Source: Candidatus Poseidoniaceae archaeon (lineage in GTDB: Archaea; Thermoplasmatota; Poseidoniia; Poseidoniales; Poseidoniaceae). From it: 64,000 bases of DNA. Positions within the stretch are counted from its first letter, which is position 1. Each line of letters opens with the position of its first letter. Below, piece after piece: positions 1-9,509 of the stretch. Location: positions 15,164 through 79,163 of the forward strand of contig JADHSC010000003.1 of the NCBI GenBank assembly GCA_016777125.1, read 5' to 3'. Position numbers and translations under genes: made by a program. The notes beneath the pieces were generated by a model. It saw only the letters and a program-made list of their open reading frames with translations. It did no database searches and had not been told where the DNA came from.

Positions 1-11
1 TCGGATTGGAC

Positions 12-800
12 ATGGCAGACTCCGAATCGGTTGCGTTGATGGAAGAAAATGGCAAGATTCACATCGTGAGCATGATCGACAATACCATCAAAATCAAAGG
101 TATTGGTGTCGTCAATCCACTGAAAGAATTTTCTCAGTTGAAAGACGGGGAAGAAACTCATATTGGATCCAAAATCCTTCTTCGACTTCCTACACGATTG
201 CCCGAACTTATCTCGGGAATGAAACGAAGAGCACAAACGATTGGTTCGAAAGATGCGGGTGTCCTTATTGCACGACATGGAATCGGGGCTGACGACATCG
301 TTTTGGAAGCAGGATTGGGTTCCGGTGGACTTTCCATGCATTTAGCAAGAGTCATCGGACCAAGTGGCCATCTGATCACAGTCGAACCCCGAGAAGAACA
401 TGCTCATGTCGGATTAGAAAATCTCCAGACCCTTACACAATGTATGGTTGAATTCCCGAATCACAGTCATATTGATGGACGTATCGAAGATGTGGTTGAA
501 GAAATCAAAACATATGCTGAACATGTTGATGCAATTCTTCTGGATTTACCCGAACATCCACCTGCGATTGAAGCTGTTGCCCCTTTGCTAAAGGTTGGAG
601 CACGCATCTCCTGTTACTGCCCAGTAACCAGCCAACTCGAGAAAGCGTGGATTGCCTGTGAAGAGGCAGGATTACACGTTGAATGGGCTGGAGAGATCAT
701 CGAACGGGAATGGGGGAAGGCAAGCAGAGGCGGTGTACGTCCGGTGAATGGACCCTTTGGCCATACTGCATTCTTATTGTTGGCTCAACGACGAAAGTGA
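12..800 (+). CDS. trmI: tRNA (adenine-N1)-methyltransferase, TrmI/Gcd14 family
   Basis: KRRAQTIGSKD (family motif R..Q.I..KD), SAM-binding LEAGLGSGGL, LLDLPE and YCP motifs. ATG at 12 preferred over TTG at 6; the start is close to the window edge. Confidence 0.85.
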   Translation: MADSESVALMEENGKIHIVSMIDNTIKIKGIGVVNPLKEFSQLKDGEETHIGSKILLRLPTRLPELISGMKRRAQTIGSKDAGVLIARHGIGADDIVLEAGLGSGGLSMHLARVIGPSGHLITVEPREEHAHVGLENLQTLTQCMVEFPNHSHIDGRIEDVVEEIKTYAEHVDAILLDLPEHPPAIEAVAPLLKVGARISCYCPVTSQLEKAWIACEEAGLHVEWAGEIIEREWGKASRGGVRPVNGPFGHTAFLLLAQRRK

Positions 801-801
801 T

Positions 802-3800
802 TCAGAATTTCGGAGCAGATCCGTATTCAACTACTCGAATGTTTGACTCACACGTTGGACAATTGAATCTGAATGGAGGTTCACTTCCACCAGGAACTGC
901 AAGCCTTGCTTCACATGATGGGCAAGTAATTCGGCGATTGCTATCTATTCGACATTCATTGGGCCCCAATGCATATTCCTTCTCTTCCTCTTCTTCCTCT
1001 TCTTCCTCTTCTCCTTCTTTATCAGAAGTCGGTTTGTTGGAAGGGGATCGGTATTTTATGACCAGTAGAGCAAGAGCGAACAACACATAACCTGCCGCCA
1101 TAATCTTGAATGTTGCATCGCCTCCAATTTCAATTCCAAGAATTGTAATGCCTTCAGGAGGTTGAGCCTTTCCTTCTAAATCTACATCGATAACAGAAGA
1201 TTCTGCATCGACACTGCTTCCATCGACTTGGACCAATGCTCGAACTTTCAACTCTGCTGATGTGGCTTGCGTTGATATTGCATTAAGACGGACAACAAAG
1301 ATTTCCGATGCTCCCGGGCTGAGTGTAAACAAGTCTGTCTTCTGTCCAGCAGTGTTGTTCCATTGAACATCGAAAACACCGTCCCCTACGCCAAGTAGAG
1401 TCAGACGTCCTGTAATGTCGATGTTGGCGAGATTTGTTACCGTGACTGAAGTAGATGAACCGCCCATGTAAGGGACATCAAGGGACGTAGCATCAACTGA
1501 AATTGATACAACTGATGCTGAATCCCAAGAGGCTTCGACATTGTAAGTGGCGACTTCACTGTAGACGTAATCAGAACGTGCAGATGATACAACACGAAGA
1601 CTGAATGCGTTTGTTCCTGCCAAGGCATCTTCTGAAACATCACACGTCCATGCAAGAGGAGAGGATGAGGCGCCCGGTGAAAGGGTGACTGATTCGGCAA
1701 GAGTACATGATAATCCAACAGAACTTATCGAAAATTGATCAGCACTGTTTCCTGTATTTGTAACAGAGACAGTACCATCGATGGTACCGCCTGCTATGGA
1801 AGAATCGTCATTGACAAGAATGGTCAAGTCTGCACCTGCATCCATTGAAAAGAGGGTGATTATTACGAAGTCTGTCGACTCTGAATCGAGAGTAGAAGTA
1901 ACTTGTATGTTGATTGGAAGGCCTGTTTCAGGAGCGCCGGTGGAAGACTCACGTACTCCGAGAACGATTGTTTCTGATTGACCCACACCAAGGACAACCG
2001 AGGTTTGGGATAATGATAGTTCGAAATACGTCGAAGATTCACCGGATTCAAGTGAAAGAAGGAACGTGTCTTGCATTGTACCAATGTTGGTCACTTCAAT
2101 GGTGACATTTGTGATTGCAGATGGGCCAGCAATGGCTTGATTGGTATTCGCATTAAGTTGAGCGAGGCTTCGATCGATAACTTGTAATTCAAGAGAAAGC
2201 AAGGAATCAGGCGCATCGGATACAAGACGTATACTCAACGAGTCAGTACGTGCGTTCATAGCAGCAGAGGCTGTAACGTTCAATTGAGCAACATACAATT
2301 CTCCAGATGCAAGTGTTATCGAAGATACGTCACTTAATTCAGCACTCACGCCTCCAGGCAATCCTGAGATGGTGAAGGTGGTGAGTGAAACATTGGACGT
2401 CCCCACATTTTCAACAACAATATCAATCGATGCTGATTGACCAGGCTGCACGACTATTCGGCCATCGAGGGTTCCTGATAATTCCAATTCTAGAACAGGT
2501 TGAACATCAAATGCCAACGTTGTGTTTAATGTTTGAAGCGAATCGTGAGTTACTGATACGGTTCGTTCGTTGAGTCCAAGTGAACCTGAGGCAGCTATTG
2601 CGCTGAGTGTCCACGTAGCAGACTGCCCGGAAGCGACTGTCACCGAAGATGCAGTATCCAAGGTCAGAGCAACATGAGCTGAGGCATTGCTTACGATTTG
2701 TAGTGAGAATGTTTCGGTTTCGCTCCCTGTATTGAAAACTCGCACTTCAAGAGTTTCCTCTATTCCTGGAGTAAGAAGCATAGCCCCTGATGGACCCTGG
2801 ACGGTGAAGTCAACCTTACGATCGACTTCAAAGGAGAAATCGCGAACGAAAGAAACTGAAGAATCTTCAGAGAGCGTGTTAATTATTCGAACCGAGCAAA
2901 CGTCTCCTATATTGCCGCTGCTTCCTACATCAACTGCAAACGGTATATCTGCGACCTCATCTATTGCAAACGTTGTCTCTGCTGTGAGTAATGCAACTGT
3001 ACACGGTCCGCTTAAGACTGACAATGAGTGCGAGTATGTTGATTCGGTTGTACCTTGATTTGTTATGGAAAGTGTGGTGTTCGTCTGCTCTCCTGGAATG
3101 AATTCATCTGTGCTAGCAAGGAAATCCACTTGCAAACCATAGGTTGCTTGAACATCGATAACGATGAGGGTAGATGTTGAGAGATTACCCATCAAAGATC
3201 CAGCATGCAGTCGCACGCCTGTTGCGCCGGGAAGTGCATCAGATGGTATTGAAATCCGTAGTGTAGAGGACTCTACATTTTGAGCGGATAGATTCTCGAT
3301 TTGATCATCAAGCCATCGTACTTCCCAACCAGGAGGGAATGCTGAATGCTGATTCATTGGCTGAATCGCTCCTGAAGTTTCCCATGGATAATCGTATTCG
3401 GATGAGCCATTGAAAACAACTTCAGCAGCGGTTTGTTGGAGTGTCAGTCGTAATGCAGCATCCATTGTAGTATTATCAGTCAATCCAACTGGGGAATCGC
3501 CTGTTAGAGCAGAAAACAAGACACATGCTGCGAGATAGGAACCCGACGTTGAAGGATGGCTTCCATCACTTTGGTACAGACCATAAAACGTCGAAGTAGG
3601 CGACTGCGGATTGCCACCAGATGCGATGATTGAATCGTGAATGTGTTTGAACGCTAATCCGACAGGTGCAATGTGGATATCAGCAGATGTCTGGGATGAA
3701 ATGTTGTCTCTGTAATCGATGTAGCCTTGTTCAAGTCGATCTTGCATAACGGTATAATTTGAGAACAATATTGGATTGATTGGATCGCCACTTCGATAGC

Positions 3801-4797
3801 CCCAAGTCATCATCAGCATGGTTGATCCACCTTCTGTATCAACACGTTCTGCCAAATTTACACTTGCATTTTTACTAGCAATCCAATCTGAATTAGAACG
3901 CGAAAATCCAGGTATCTGAGATTGGTCTTGAAGAACGACTGTATCCCAAACACCTGATGCCAGAGAAAGATTTTGAGCGCTCGAAGAAGTGTTCACGTTC
4001 GACCAGTGCCCAGCAAGAGTTTGACCACCAGAAGTGAAATCAGATGTATTACTTGGACTCCCTGCACTCCTTAGCATTTCTTCGACCATCGATGAGAGGC
4101 CGTTCTGAGAAGTATATGAATTTCCGAACATCAGAACATCACTGACAGACATCGACCATGCAGGGATAGAAGAGGTTGTATTGGAACCCGTAGTATTCGA
4201 GGTATAATTCGTCCACCATCCCGACAAGTCAGGCTCTTCTTGTACGCTTAGAAGGTAGGAGTCTGTCACTGAACCAAGATTGGAGACTGGTAATTGCAGA
4301 TCGACTGATTGGCCCGGCTGAAGAGCAAGCAGCCCATTGTCTCCTACACCACTTGCATCAATGGAAGGATGGTACACAAGAGCGACCGAAACATATACGT
4401 CAATCGTCGAGGTTGCAACTCCATCGGTCTCGTTTACGATAAGCGTGAACATTCCATTATCCGAAGGCGTTGCTGATTCAAGGAGTTGAACTACAATTGT
4501 TGTCGTCGAATTGTATGTAGGGAGAACATTGGAAACAGTTGCAGCGGTTGGTGTTGCCGACCATACATTGGACAACCCAGTTGTTGAGGATTCCACTGAA
4601 TAAGTCTCAATAGACGAACCATTATTTTCGATAACCAGTGAAAGGTTGACCGATTCACCTGGAAGAAGGATCATGTGCGGTGTGTCAACAGAGAGCACGA
4701 TTGTTGAATCTGCTTTTGCTGTAAAGGCAAGTGGAGAAGCACTTGCTGCGAGCATCAAAAGGACCAAAACTACGGCACGCGAGTGAGTTTTCGACAT
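802..4797 (-). CDS. Large membrane-anchored surface protein: NEW3/COG1470-like Ig repeats, embedded SGNH hydrolase domain, C-terminal TM helix, poly-Glu tract and zinc ribbon
   Basis: N-terminal signal peptide; repeated N.G...D.F/Y.L modules; SGNH motifs FGNSYT, LQDQS, DGSHPS; TM helix GYVLFALALLVIKY; CPSC...CPTC at the C-terminus. Confidence 0.75.
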   Translation of the reverse strand: MSKTHSRAVVLVLLMLAASASPLAFTAKADSTIVLSVDTPHMILLPGESVNLSLVIENNGSSIETYSVESSTTGLSNVWSATPTAATVSNVLPTYNSTTTIVVQLLESATPSDNGMFTLIVNETDGVATSTIDVYVSVALVYHPSIDASGVGDNGLLALQPGQSVDLQLPVSNLGSVTDSYLLSVQEEPDLSGWWTNYTSNTTGSNTTSSIPAWSMSVSDVLMFGNSYTSQNGLSSMVEEMLRSAGSPSNTSDFTSGGQTLAGHWSNVNTSSSAQNLSLASGVWDTVVLQDQSQIPGFSRSNSDWIASKNASVNLAERVDTEGGSTMLMMTWGYRSGDPINPILFSNYTVMQDRLEQGYIDYRDNISSQTSADIHIAPVGLAFKHIHDSIIASGGNPQSPTSTFYGLYQSDGSHPSTSGSYLAACVLFSALTGDSPVGLTDNTTMDAALRLTLQQTAAEVVFNGSSEYDYPWETSGAIQPMNQHSAFPPGWEVRWLDDQIENLSAQNVESSTLRISIPSDALPGATGVRLHAGSLMGNLSTSTLIVIDVQATYGLQVDFLASTDEFIPGEQTNTTLSITNQGTTESTYSHSLSVLSGPCTVALLTAETTFAIDEVADIPFAVDVGSSGNIGDVCSVRIINTLSEDSSVSFVRDFSFEVDRKVDFTVQGPSGAMLLTPGIEETLEVRVFNTGSETETFSLQIVSNASAHVALTLDTASSVTVASGQSATWTLSAIAASGSLGLNERTVSVTHDSLQTLNTTLAFDVQPVLELELSGTLDGRIVVQPGQSASIDIVVENVGTSNVSLTTFTISGLPGGVSAELSDVSSITLASGELYVAQLNVTASAAMNARTDSLSIRLVSDAPDSLLSLELQVIDRSLAQLNANTNQAIAGPSAITNVTIEVTNIGTMQDTFLLSLESGESSTYFELSLSQTSVVLGVGQSETIVLGVRESSTGAPETGLPINIQVTSTLDSESTDFVIITLFSMDAGADLTILVNDDSSIAGGTIDGTVSVTNTGNSADQFSISSVGLSCTLAESVTLSPGASSSPLAWTCDVSEDALAGTNAFSLRVVSSARSDYVYSEVATYNVEASWDSASVVSISVDATSLDVPYMGGSSTSVTVTNLANIDITGRLTLLGVGDGVFDVQWNNTAGQKTDLFTLSPGASEIFVVRLNAISTQATSAELKVRALVQVDGSSVDAESSVIDVDLEGKAQPPEGITILGIEIGGDATFKIMAAGYVLFALALLVIKYRSPSNKPTSDKEGEEEEEEEEEEKEYALGPNECRIDSNRRITCPSCEARLAVPGGSEPPFRFNCPTCESNIRVVEYGSAPKF

Positions 4798-4861
4798 GGG
4801 ACCACTTCAAGCGAGGTGCCTTTAGCACTTGAGCGAATCGGCTACTGGGCGTTAAAAATCC

Positions 4862-6106
4862 TCAGAAGTTCGTGAGTTTTTCAATTCGAGAGGCGTCAAG
4901 ACGCTCCCATGGGAAATGGCCTTCATCTGTGGCATGGCGGCCGAAGTGACCACCTGCAGCAGTTACTTTGTAAATCGGGCGAAGTAAATCCAAGTCTTTG
5001 GCAATAGCAGCCGGTCTGAAATCGAATGTGCTCTGAACACGATGTGCGAGTTCTGAATCAGATACGGCGCCTGTCCCAAAGGAATCCACCATGAGACTGA
5101 CTGGTTTTGCAACTCCGATAACGTATGCAAGTTGAATCTCAAATCGTGTAGCTAAACCTGCTGCGACGACATGTTTGGCAGCCCATCGCGCTGCATATGC
5201 TGCGCTTCGGTCTACTTTTGAAGGGTCTTTACCACTGAAGGCACCCCCTCCATGGCGCCCCATCCCACCGTACGTATCGACAATGATTTTTCGTCCAGTC
5301 AATCCAGCATCTGCATACGGGCCACCTGGGTCTGCAAAACGACCTGTTCCGTTAACGATGAGAGTATACTCTGAGGAGAGAAGCTCAGAAGGGATTACGT
5401 ATTCTACAACGTGTTTTTTGATTTGTTCCCGTACATGTTGGAGTTCTTGCTCGACAGAACCATCAAATTGGTCTTTCAGATGTTTATCGTGTTGAATTGC
5501 AACAATGACCGTATCGACTCCAATGATTTCACCTTCCTCGTTGTAGGCTATCGAGACTTGTGATTTCCCATCGGGTCGAGCCCATGGCAGGATGTTTTCT
5601 TCACGTACTGTCGTCAGTCTTCGAGATAAACGTTGAGACAGTGCAGCAGAAAGAGGGAAATATCGTCCTTTTAATTCGTCATATTGTTCAGTTTCAGTGC
5701 AAGCAAAACCGAACATGAGACCTTGGTCACCTGCACCTTGGGAATCAAGTGTCTGCCGATCGACACCCTGATTGATGTAAGCAGACTGGGTGGTAACATA
5801 GACCAAAACATCACATAAATCCGGATTCGTAGCATCCATTCCAATGACATGCGAATCATAACCGATGTTGGCTGCTGCTTGACGGGCAATAGCGTCGTAA
5901 TTAGGAGCGGGAGCGTCCAGAGACACTTCCCCTGCAAGGATGATTACGCTCTTGTCGTCCATCCCTTTGACGCAGGTTTCAACTGCAACGCGTGCATTTG
6001 AATCAAGGGCAAGACAAGCATCGACAATAGCATCCGATATAGCATCGCACAACTTATCAGGGTGACCACTGGTTACAGACTCCGATGTAAAGATGTCATG
6101 TTGCAT
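4862..6106 (-). CDS. metK: S-adenosylmethionine synthetase, bacterial/eukaryal type
   Basis: FTSESVTSGHPDK, GAGDQGLMFGFA, GRKIIVDTYGG and GGGAFSGKDPSKVDRS signatures. Confidence 0.97.
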   Translation of the reverse strand: MQHDIFTSESVTSGHPDKLCDAISDAIVDACLALDSNARVAVETCVKGMDDKSVIILAGEVSLDAPAPNYDAIARQAAANIGYDSHVIGMDATNPDLCDVLVYVTTQSAYINQGVDRQTLDSQGAGDQGLMFGFACTETEQYDELKGRYFPLSAALSQRLSRRLTTVREENILPWARPDGKSQVSIAYNEEGEIIGVDTVIVAIQHDKHLKDQFDGSVEQELQHVREQIKKHVVEYVIPSELLSSEYTLIVNGTGRFADPGGPYADAGLTGRKIIVDTYGGMGRHGGGAFSGKDPSKVDRSAAYAARWAAKHVVAAGLATRFEIQLAYVIGVAKPVSLMVDSFGTGAVSDSELAHRVQSTFDFRPAAIAKDLDLLRPIYKVTAAGGHFGRHATDEGHFPWERLDASRIEKLTNF

Positions 6107-6204
6107 GGTTTTCCGCTTCTGTACTCATTATCAAAGGTTTGCCTACTGAATCGAGCATGGATTTACAGCGATTCCTATTTGTACGGCACCATCTAGGATT
6201 TCAC

Positions 6205-7605
6205 ATGGCTGACTGGCATCCCACCGCATATCGGACACACACACTCGCTGAAATTCAACGAAAAGGCGCAGACCTTGTTGGCCAAGAAGTCACAGTAGCA
6301 GGATTTATGGAATCGAACCGAGGAAAAGGAGCAATTTGTTTTGTCGATATGAGAGACGGTACCGGAACCTCACAAGTATTCCTTAAAGGAGATATTATTG
6401 GAGAAGAAAAACTCGATACTGTTCAACGCATGACTCGTGAATCAACATTGCAGTTCACTGGTACTGTTGCTCAAAAGCGCCCACCGAAATTGAAGGAAGG
6501 AGAAACTCCGCCCCCACCTGCATATGAAATTGTAGCATCTGACGTTGTTGTTTTGACTCGGGCGAACGCACCGCTTCCGCTTGGAATTACTGATTCTGTA
6601 ACCATTGGACTCGACACTCGTCTTGACAATCGTTTCCTTGATCTTCGCCGAGCCCATGTCAATGCTATGTTCACACTTCGCTCCAAAGTACTTCAATATG
6701 GACGTGAACACCTCCTCACTGAAGGATTCAAAGAAATTAACACGCCAAAAATCATTGCATCGGCTTCCGAAGGTGGAACAAATCTGTTCCCTATGATGTA
6801 TTTCGATACTCCTGCATTCCTTTCACAGAGCCCTCAATTGTACAAGCAACTCACTATTCTTGGAGGAATGGAACGTGTGTTTGAGATTGGACCTGCTTTT
6901 CGTGCAGAAAACCATGATACATATCGCCACTTGAACGAATTCATTTCGTTCGATATTGAAGCAGCTTGGATGAATGATGATGACGTTATGGGTGTCCAAG
7001 AACGTATGATTCATCACATTTGGAAGACTGTAGCAGAAAACGATCAAGAACACATTGACACCATCAACGCCTTCAGAGAGAGTCAAGGTGATGATGCAAT
7101 AACAGTAGACGTCCCTACAGTTCCATTCCCACGTATCGAATATTGTGATGCGATCAAGATGATTCAAGATGCTGGCGAAGAGATTGCTTGGGGAGATGAT
7201 ATCGATTCTTCACATTGCGATATTATTGCAGCAAAGTACCCCGGTTTCCATTTCCTACCACGATGGCCTATGGAAATGAAACCATTCTACATCCATCATA
7301 TTCCTGGTGAAGTAGGAGCAACTGGTGAACAACTCAGCCGAGGATTTGATCTCAATTATGGTCGTGATGAGATGACAAGCGGTGGTCAGAGAGAACATAA
7401 TGTCGAGATTCTTGAAGAAAATCTACGTTCAAAAGGACTCAATCCTGAAGAGTTCTCTTTCTACACAGATGGTTTCAGGTTTGGAGCACCGCCACACGCT
7501 GGCTGGGGTCTTGGAGTTGCACGACTGCTCATGGCACTGACTGGTTCAAGAAACGTACGAGAAACAGTCTTGTTCCCACGGGACAGACATCGAGTTACAC
7601 CCTGA
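6205..7605 (+). CDS. aspS: Aspartyl-tRNA synthetase, archaeal/eukaryal type
   Basis: OB-fold FVDMRDGTG, LSQSPQLYKQ, motif 2 FRAE..RHLNEF, motif 3 PPHAGWGLGVARL..LFPRD. Start moved to ATG 6205 (MADWHPTAYRTH). Confidence 0.93.
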   Translation: MADWHPTAYRTHTLAEIQRKGADLVGQEVTVAGFMESNRGKGAICFVDMRDGTGTSQVFLKGDIIGEEKLDTVQRMTRESTLQFTGTVAQKRPPKLKEGETPPPPAYEIVASDVVVLTRANAPLPLGITDSVTIGLDTRLDNRFLDLRRAHVNAMFTLRSKVLQYGREHLLTEGFKEINTPKIIASASEGGTNLFPMMYFDTPAFLSQSPQLYKQLTILGGMERVFEIGPAFRAENHDTYRHLNEFISFDIEAAWMNDDDVMGVQERMIHHIWKTVAENDQEHIDTINAFRESQGDDAITVDVPTVPFPRIEYCDAIKMIQDAGEEIAWGDDIDSSHCDIIAAKYPGFHFLPRWPMEMKPFYIHHIPGEVGATGEQLSRGFDLNYGRDEMTSGGQREHNVEILEENLRSKGLNPEEFSFYTDGFRFGAPPHAGWGLGVARLLMALTGSRNVRETVLFPRDRHRVTP

Positions 7606-7615
7606 GTTGACCAAG

Positions 7616-8362
7616 ATGCCTGTTGACCGAATGCAATGGGGTGCAGAAGCATGGCAGTTTGCAGATTTGCATATGCCTGATGAACCATCACCGTTCCAAA
7701 ACGATCATGGCGTCCCATGCATTATGTTGATTCATGGTGGGTTTTGGAAGAAAGAGTACACGCTTGAATTGATGCAACCGATTGCCAATGCTCTCAGCGA
7801 TGCTGGCGTTGCAGCCTGGAATATTGAATTCAAGCGTTGGGATGATGGAGATGAAGGCGTATGGATGGATACTCTTTCAGATGTTCTTCGAGCATGGGGT
7901 CAACTTGCTTTACTCCCTGGAATTGACATTACTCGAAGTATGGTCATGGGCCATTCAGCAGGAGGTCATCTTGCTTTGTTGATGGCTAGTAAAGCAGAAC
8001 GCAAACCTTGGCTTGCTATCGCCCAGGCACCAATTACAGACTTGTTTGGTGCTGATGATGCGAAACTAAGTGACGATGGTGATGCAATCCGTCGTTGGAT
8101 TGGTTGTGAACCGTACGATAATGAAGAGGTTTGGCGACGACTCAATCCCGTTGATTTACCTCCTAAATCGCCAGTCCTCCTTCTTCATGGAGAGAAGGAC
8201 GATGAGGTTCCAATCGAGCAAAGCGAGACCTATGCTCGAATAATGGATGCCAAAGGATCTCATGTCCAAAAGGTATGGCTAACCGGTGATCATTTCAGTA
8301 TCATTGATGCAGCAAGCGATGATTGGCTTGTACAGCAAGATACAATTCTGGACTGGTTGTAA
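7616..8362 (+). CDS. Alpha/beta hydrolase (HGGxW, GHSAG type); possible arylformamidase or esterase
   Basis: HGGFW oxyanion motif, GHSAGG nucleophile elbow, HGEKDDEVP Asp and GDH His. Confidence 0.8.
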   Translation: MPVDRMQWGAEAWQFADLHMPDEPSPFQNDHGVPCIMLIHGGFWKKEYTLELMQPIANALSDAGVAAWNIEFKRWDDGDEGVWMDTLSDVLRAWGQLALLPGIDITRSMVMGHSAGGHLALLMASKAERKPWLAIAQAPITDLFGADDAKLSDDGDAIRRWIGCEPYDNEEVWRRLNPVDLPPKSPVLLLHGEKDDEVPIEQSETYARIMDAKGSHVQKVWLTGDHFSIIDAASDDWLVQQDTILDWL

Positions 8363-8401
8363 GTCAAGAACCACTAAGACCAGTAATGCTCTCGGCGAGT
8401 C

Positions 8402-9214
8402 ATGAACCTCCTCGGCACTGATGCAGTACTCGCTTCAAACGCACTCTCTGGTAAAACGGCTCTCATCTGTGGAGCAAGTCGAGGTATTGGCGCTGCAACT
8501 GCACGAATTATGGCGGCAGCAGGGGCAAATGTCATTGTTTCAGCGCGAAATCAAGACCAACTAAATCACCTCGTTGAAGAACTGAATACTCTTGGTAATG
8601 GAAACCATCAAACTCTTGTCATGGACTTAGAGGATACAAGGGCTATTTCCAGGAAAATCAATCCACTCCTCGATCAAAACCCAATCCACATCCTTGTCAA
8701 CAATGCAGCAGGACCTCCAGGCGGACCGTTGCTTGATAGTACAGTCGAGGAACTAACCCAACCATTTGGTAGACACTTGCACGCAGCCCATACACTTGTT
8801 CAACTCCTTGTTCCAACAATGGAATCTGAGGGATATGGGCGAATTATTCAGATTGTCTCCACAAGCGTTCGTGAACCAATTCCTAATCTTGGCGTTTCTA
8901 ATACACTACGAGGAGCAATGGCTTCTTGGGCAAAATCACTCTCAAGAGAACTTGCTCCATGCATCACCATCAACAATGTGTTACCTGGTTTCACAGATAC
9001 TGAACGGCTAGAAAGTCTCGCCCAATCGCTTCATGATCGAACTGGAAAATCCCTCGAATCGATTCATGATGGATGGATGAGCCAGGTTCCAATTGAAAGA
9101 CTCATTGATCCTCTCGAAACTGCCTCTGTCATTGCATTCCTTTCGACTCCAGCTGCTGGAGCGATACGCGGAGTTTCCCTTCCAGTCGATGGCGGTAGAT
9201 TGAGAAGTATCTGA
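8402..9214 (+). CDS. SDR family oxidoreductase
   Basis: CGASRGIG Rossmann motif, NNAAGP, SNTLR in place of YxxxK, PGFTDT and VDGG. Confidence 0.88.
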   Translation: MNLLGTDAVLASNALSGKTALICGASRGIGAATARIMAAAGANVIVSARNQDQLNHLVEELNTLGNGNHQTLVMDLEDTRAISRKINPLLDQNPIHILVNNAAGPPGGPLLDSTVEELTQPFGRHLHAAHTLVQLLVPTMESEGYGRIIQIVSTSVREPIPNLGVSNTLRGAMASWAKSLSRELAPCITINNVLPGFTDTERLESLAQSLHDRTGKSLESIHDGWMSQVPIERLIDPLETASVIAFLSTPAAGAIRGVSLPVDGGRLRSI

Positions 9215-9262
9215 TTTTGGCTTTTTGATTTCCAACCTCAGGTTGTAAAAAACGACCATTTC

Positions 9263-9472
9263 ATGGGATAACGTCAATACACAAATGACGATGGCCTAAC
9301 CTATGGACACTTAGAAGATGTCAATATGACGTATTTTGCACATATGAAAAGGGCATTCTCTCTCTCATTCCGATATGGTTTGAGTGCAGTTCAACTCATC
9401 ATCCATGGACTTTTACCATTCTTATTCATTGATGCTGGGAAAAAAGCAGCAGATTCCTATGAACGTGGTTGA
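9263..9472 (+). pseudogene. Small DUF6356-like protein; interrupted by TAA at codon 3 if started at 9263, or intact 48-aa ORF from ATG 9326
   Basis: Hand translation: MG*RQYTNDDGLTYGHLEDVNMTYFAHMKRAFSLSFRYGLSAVQLIIHGLLPFLFIDAGKKAADSYERG*. The H-L...Y..H...A...IH.LLPFLF pattern resembles DUF6356 proteins as I recall them. Not in the ORF track. Confidence 0.55.
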
Positions 9473-9509
9473 ACATTCTCTGCTTTATTTAGAGAAGTTA
9501 AGACGGGGC

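Noticed and set aside
978-1020. (TCT/TCC)n low-complexity tract as a microsatellite or regulatory repeat
   Set aside because: It encodes the poly-Glu cytoplasmic linker of the 1331-aa protein.
6107-6204. SAM riboswitch upstream of metK
   Set aside because: The region is short, shared with the divergent aspS promoter, and shows no recognisable SAM-I/II/V structure.
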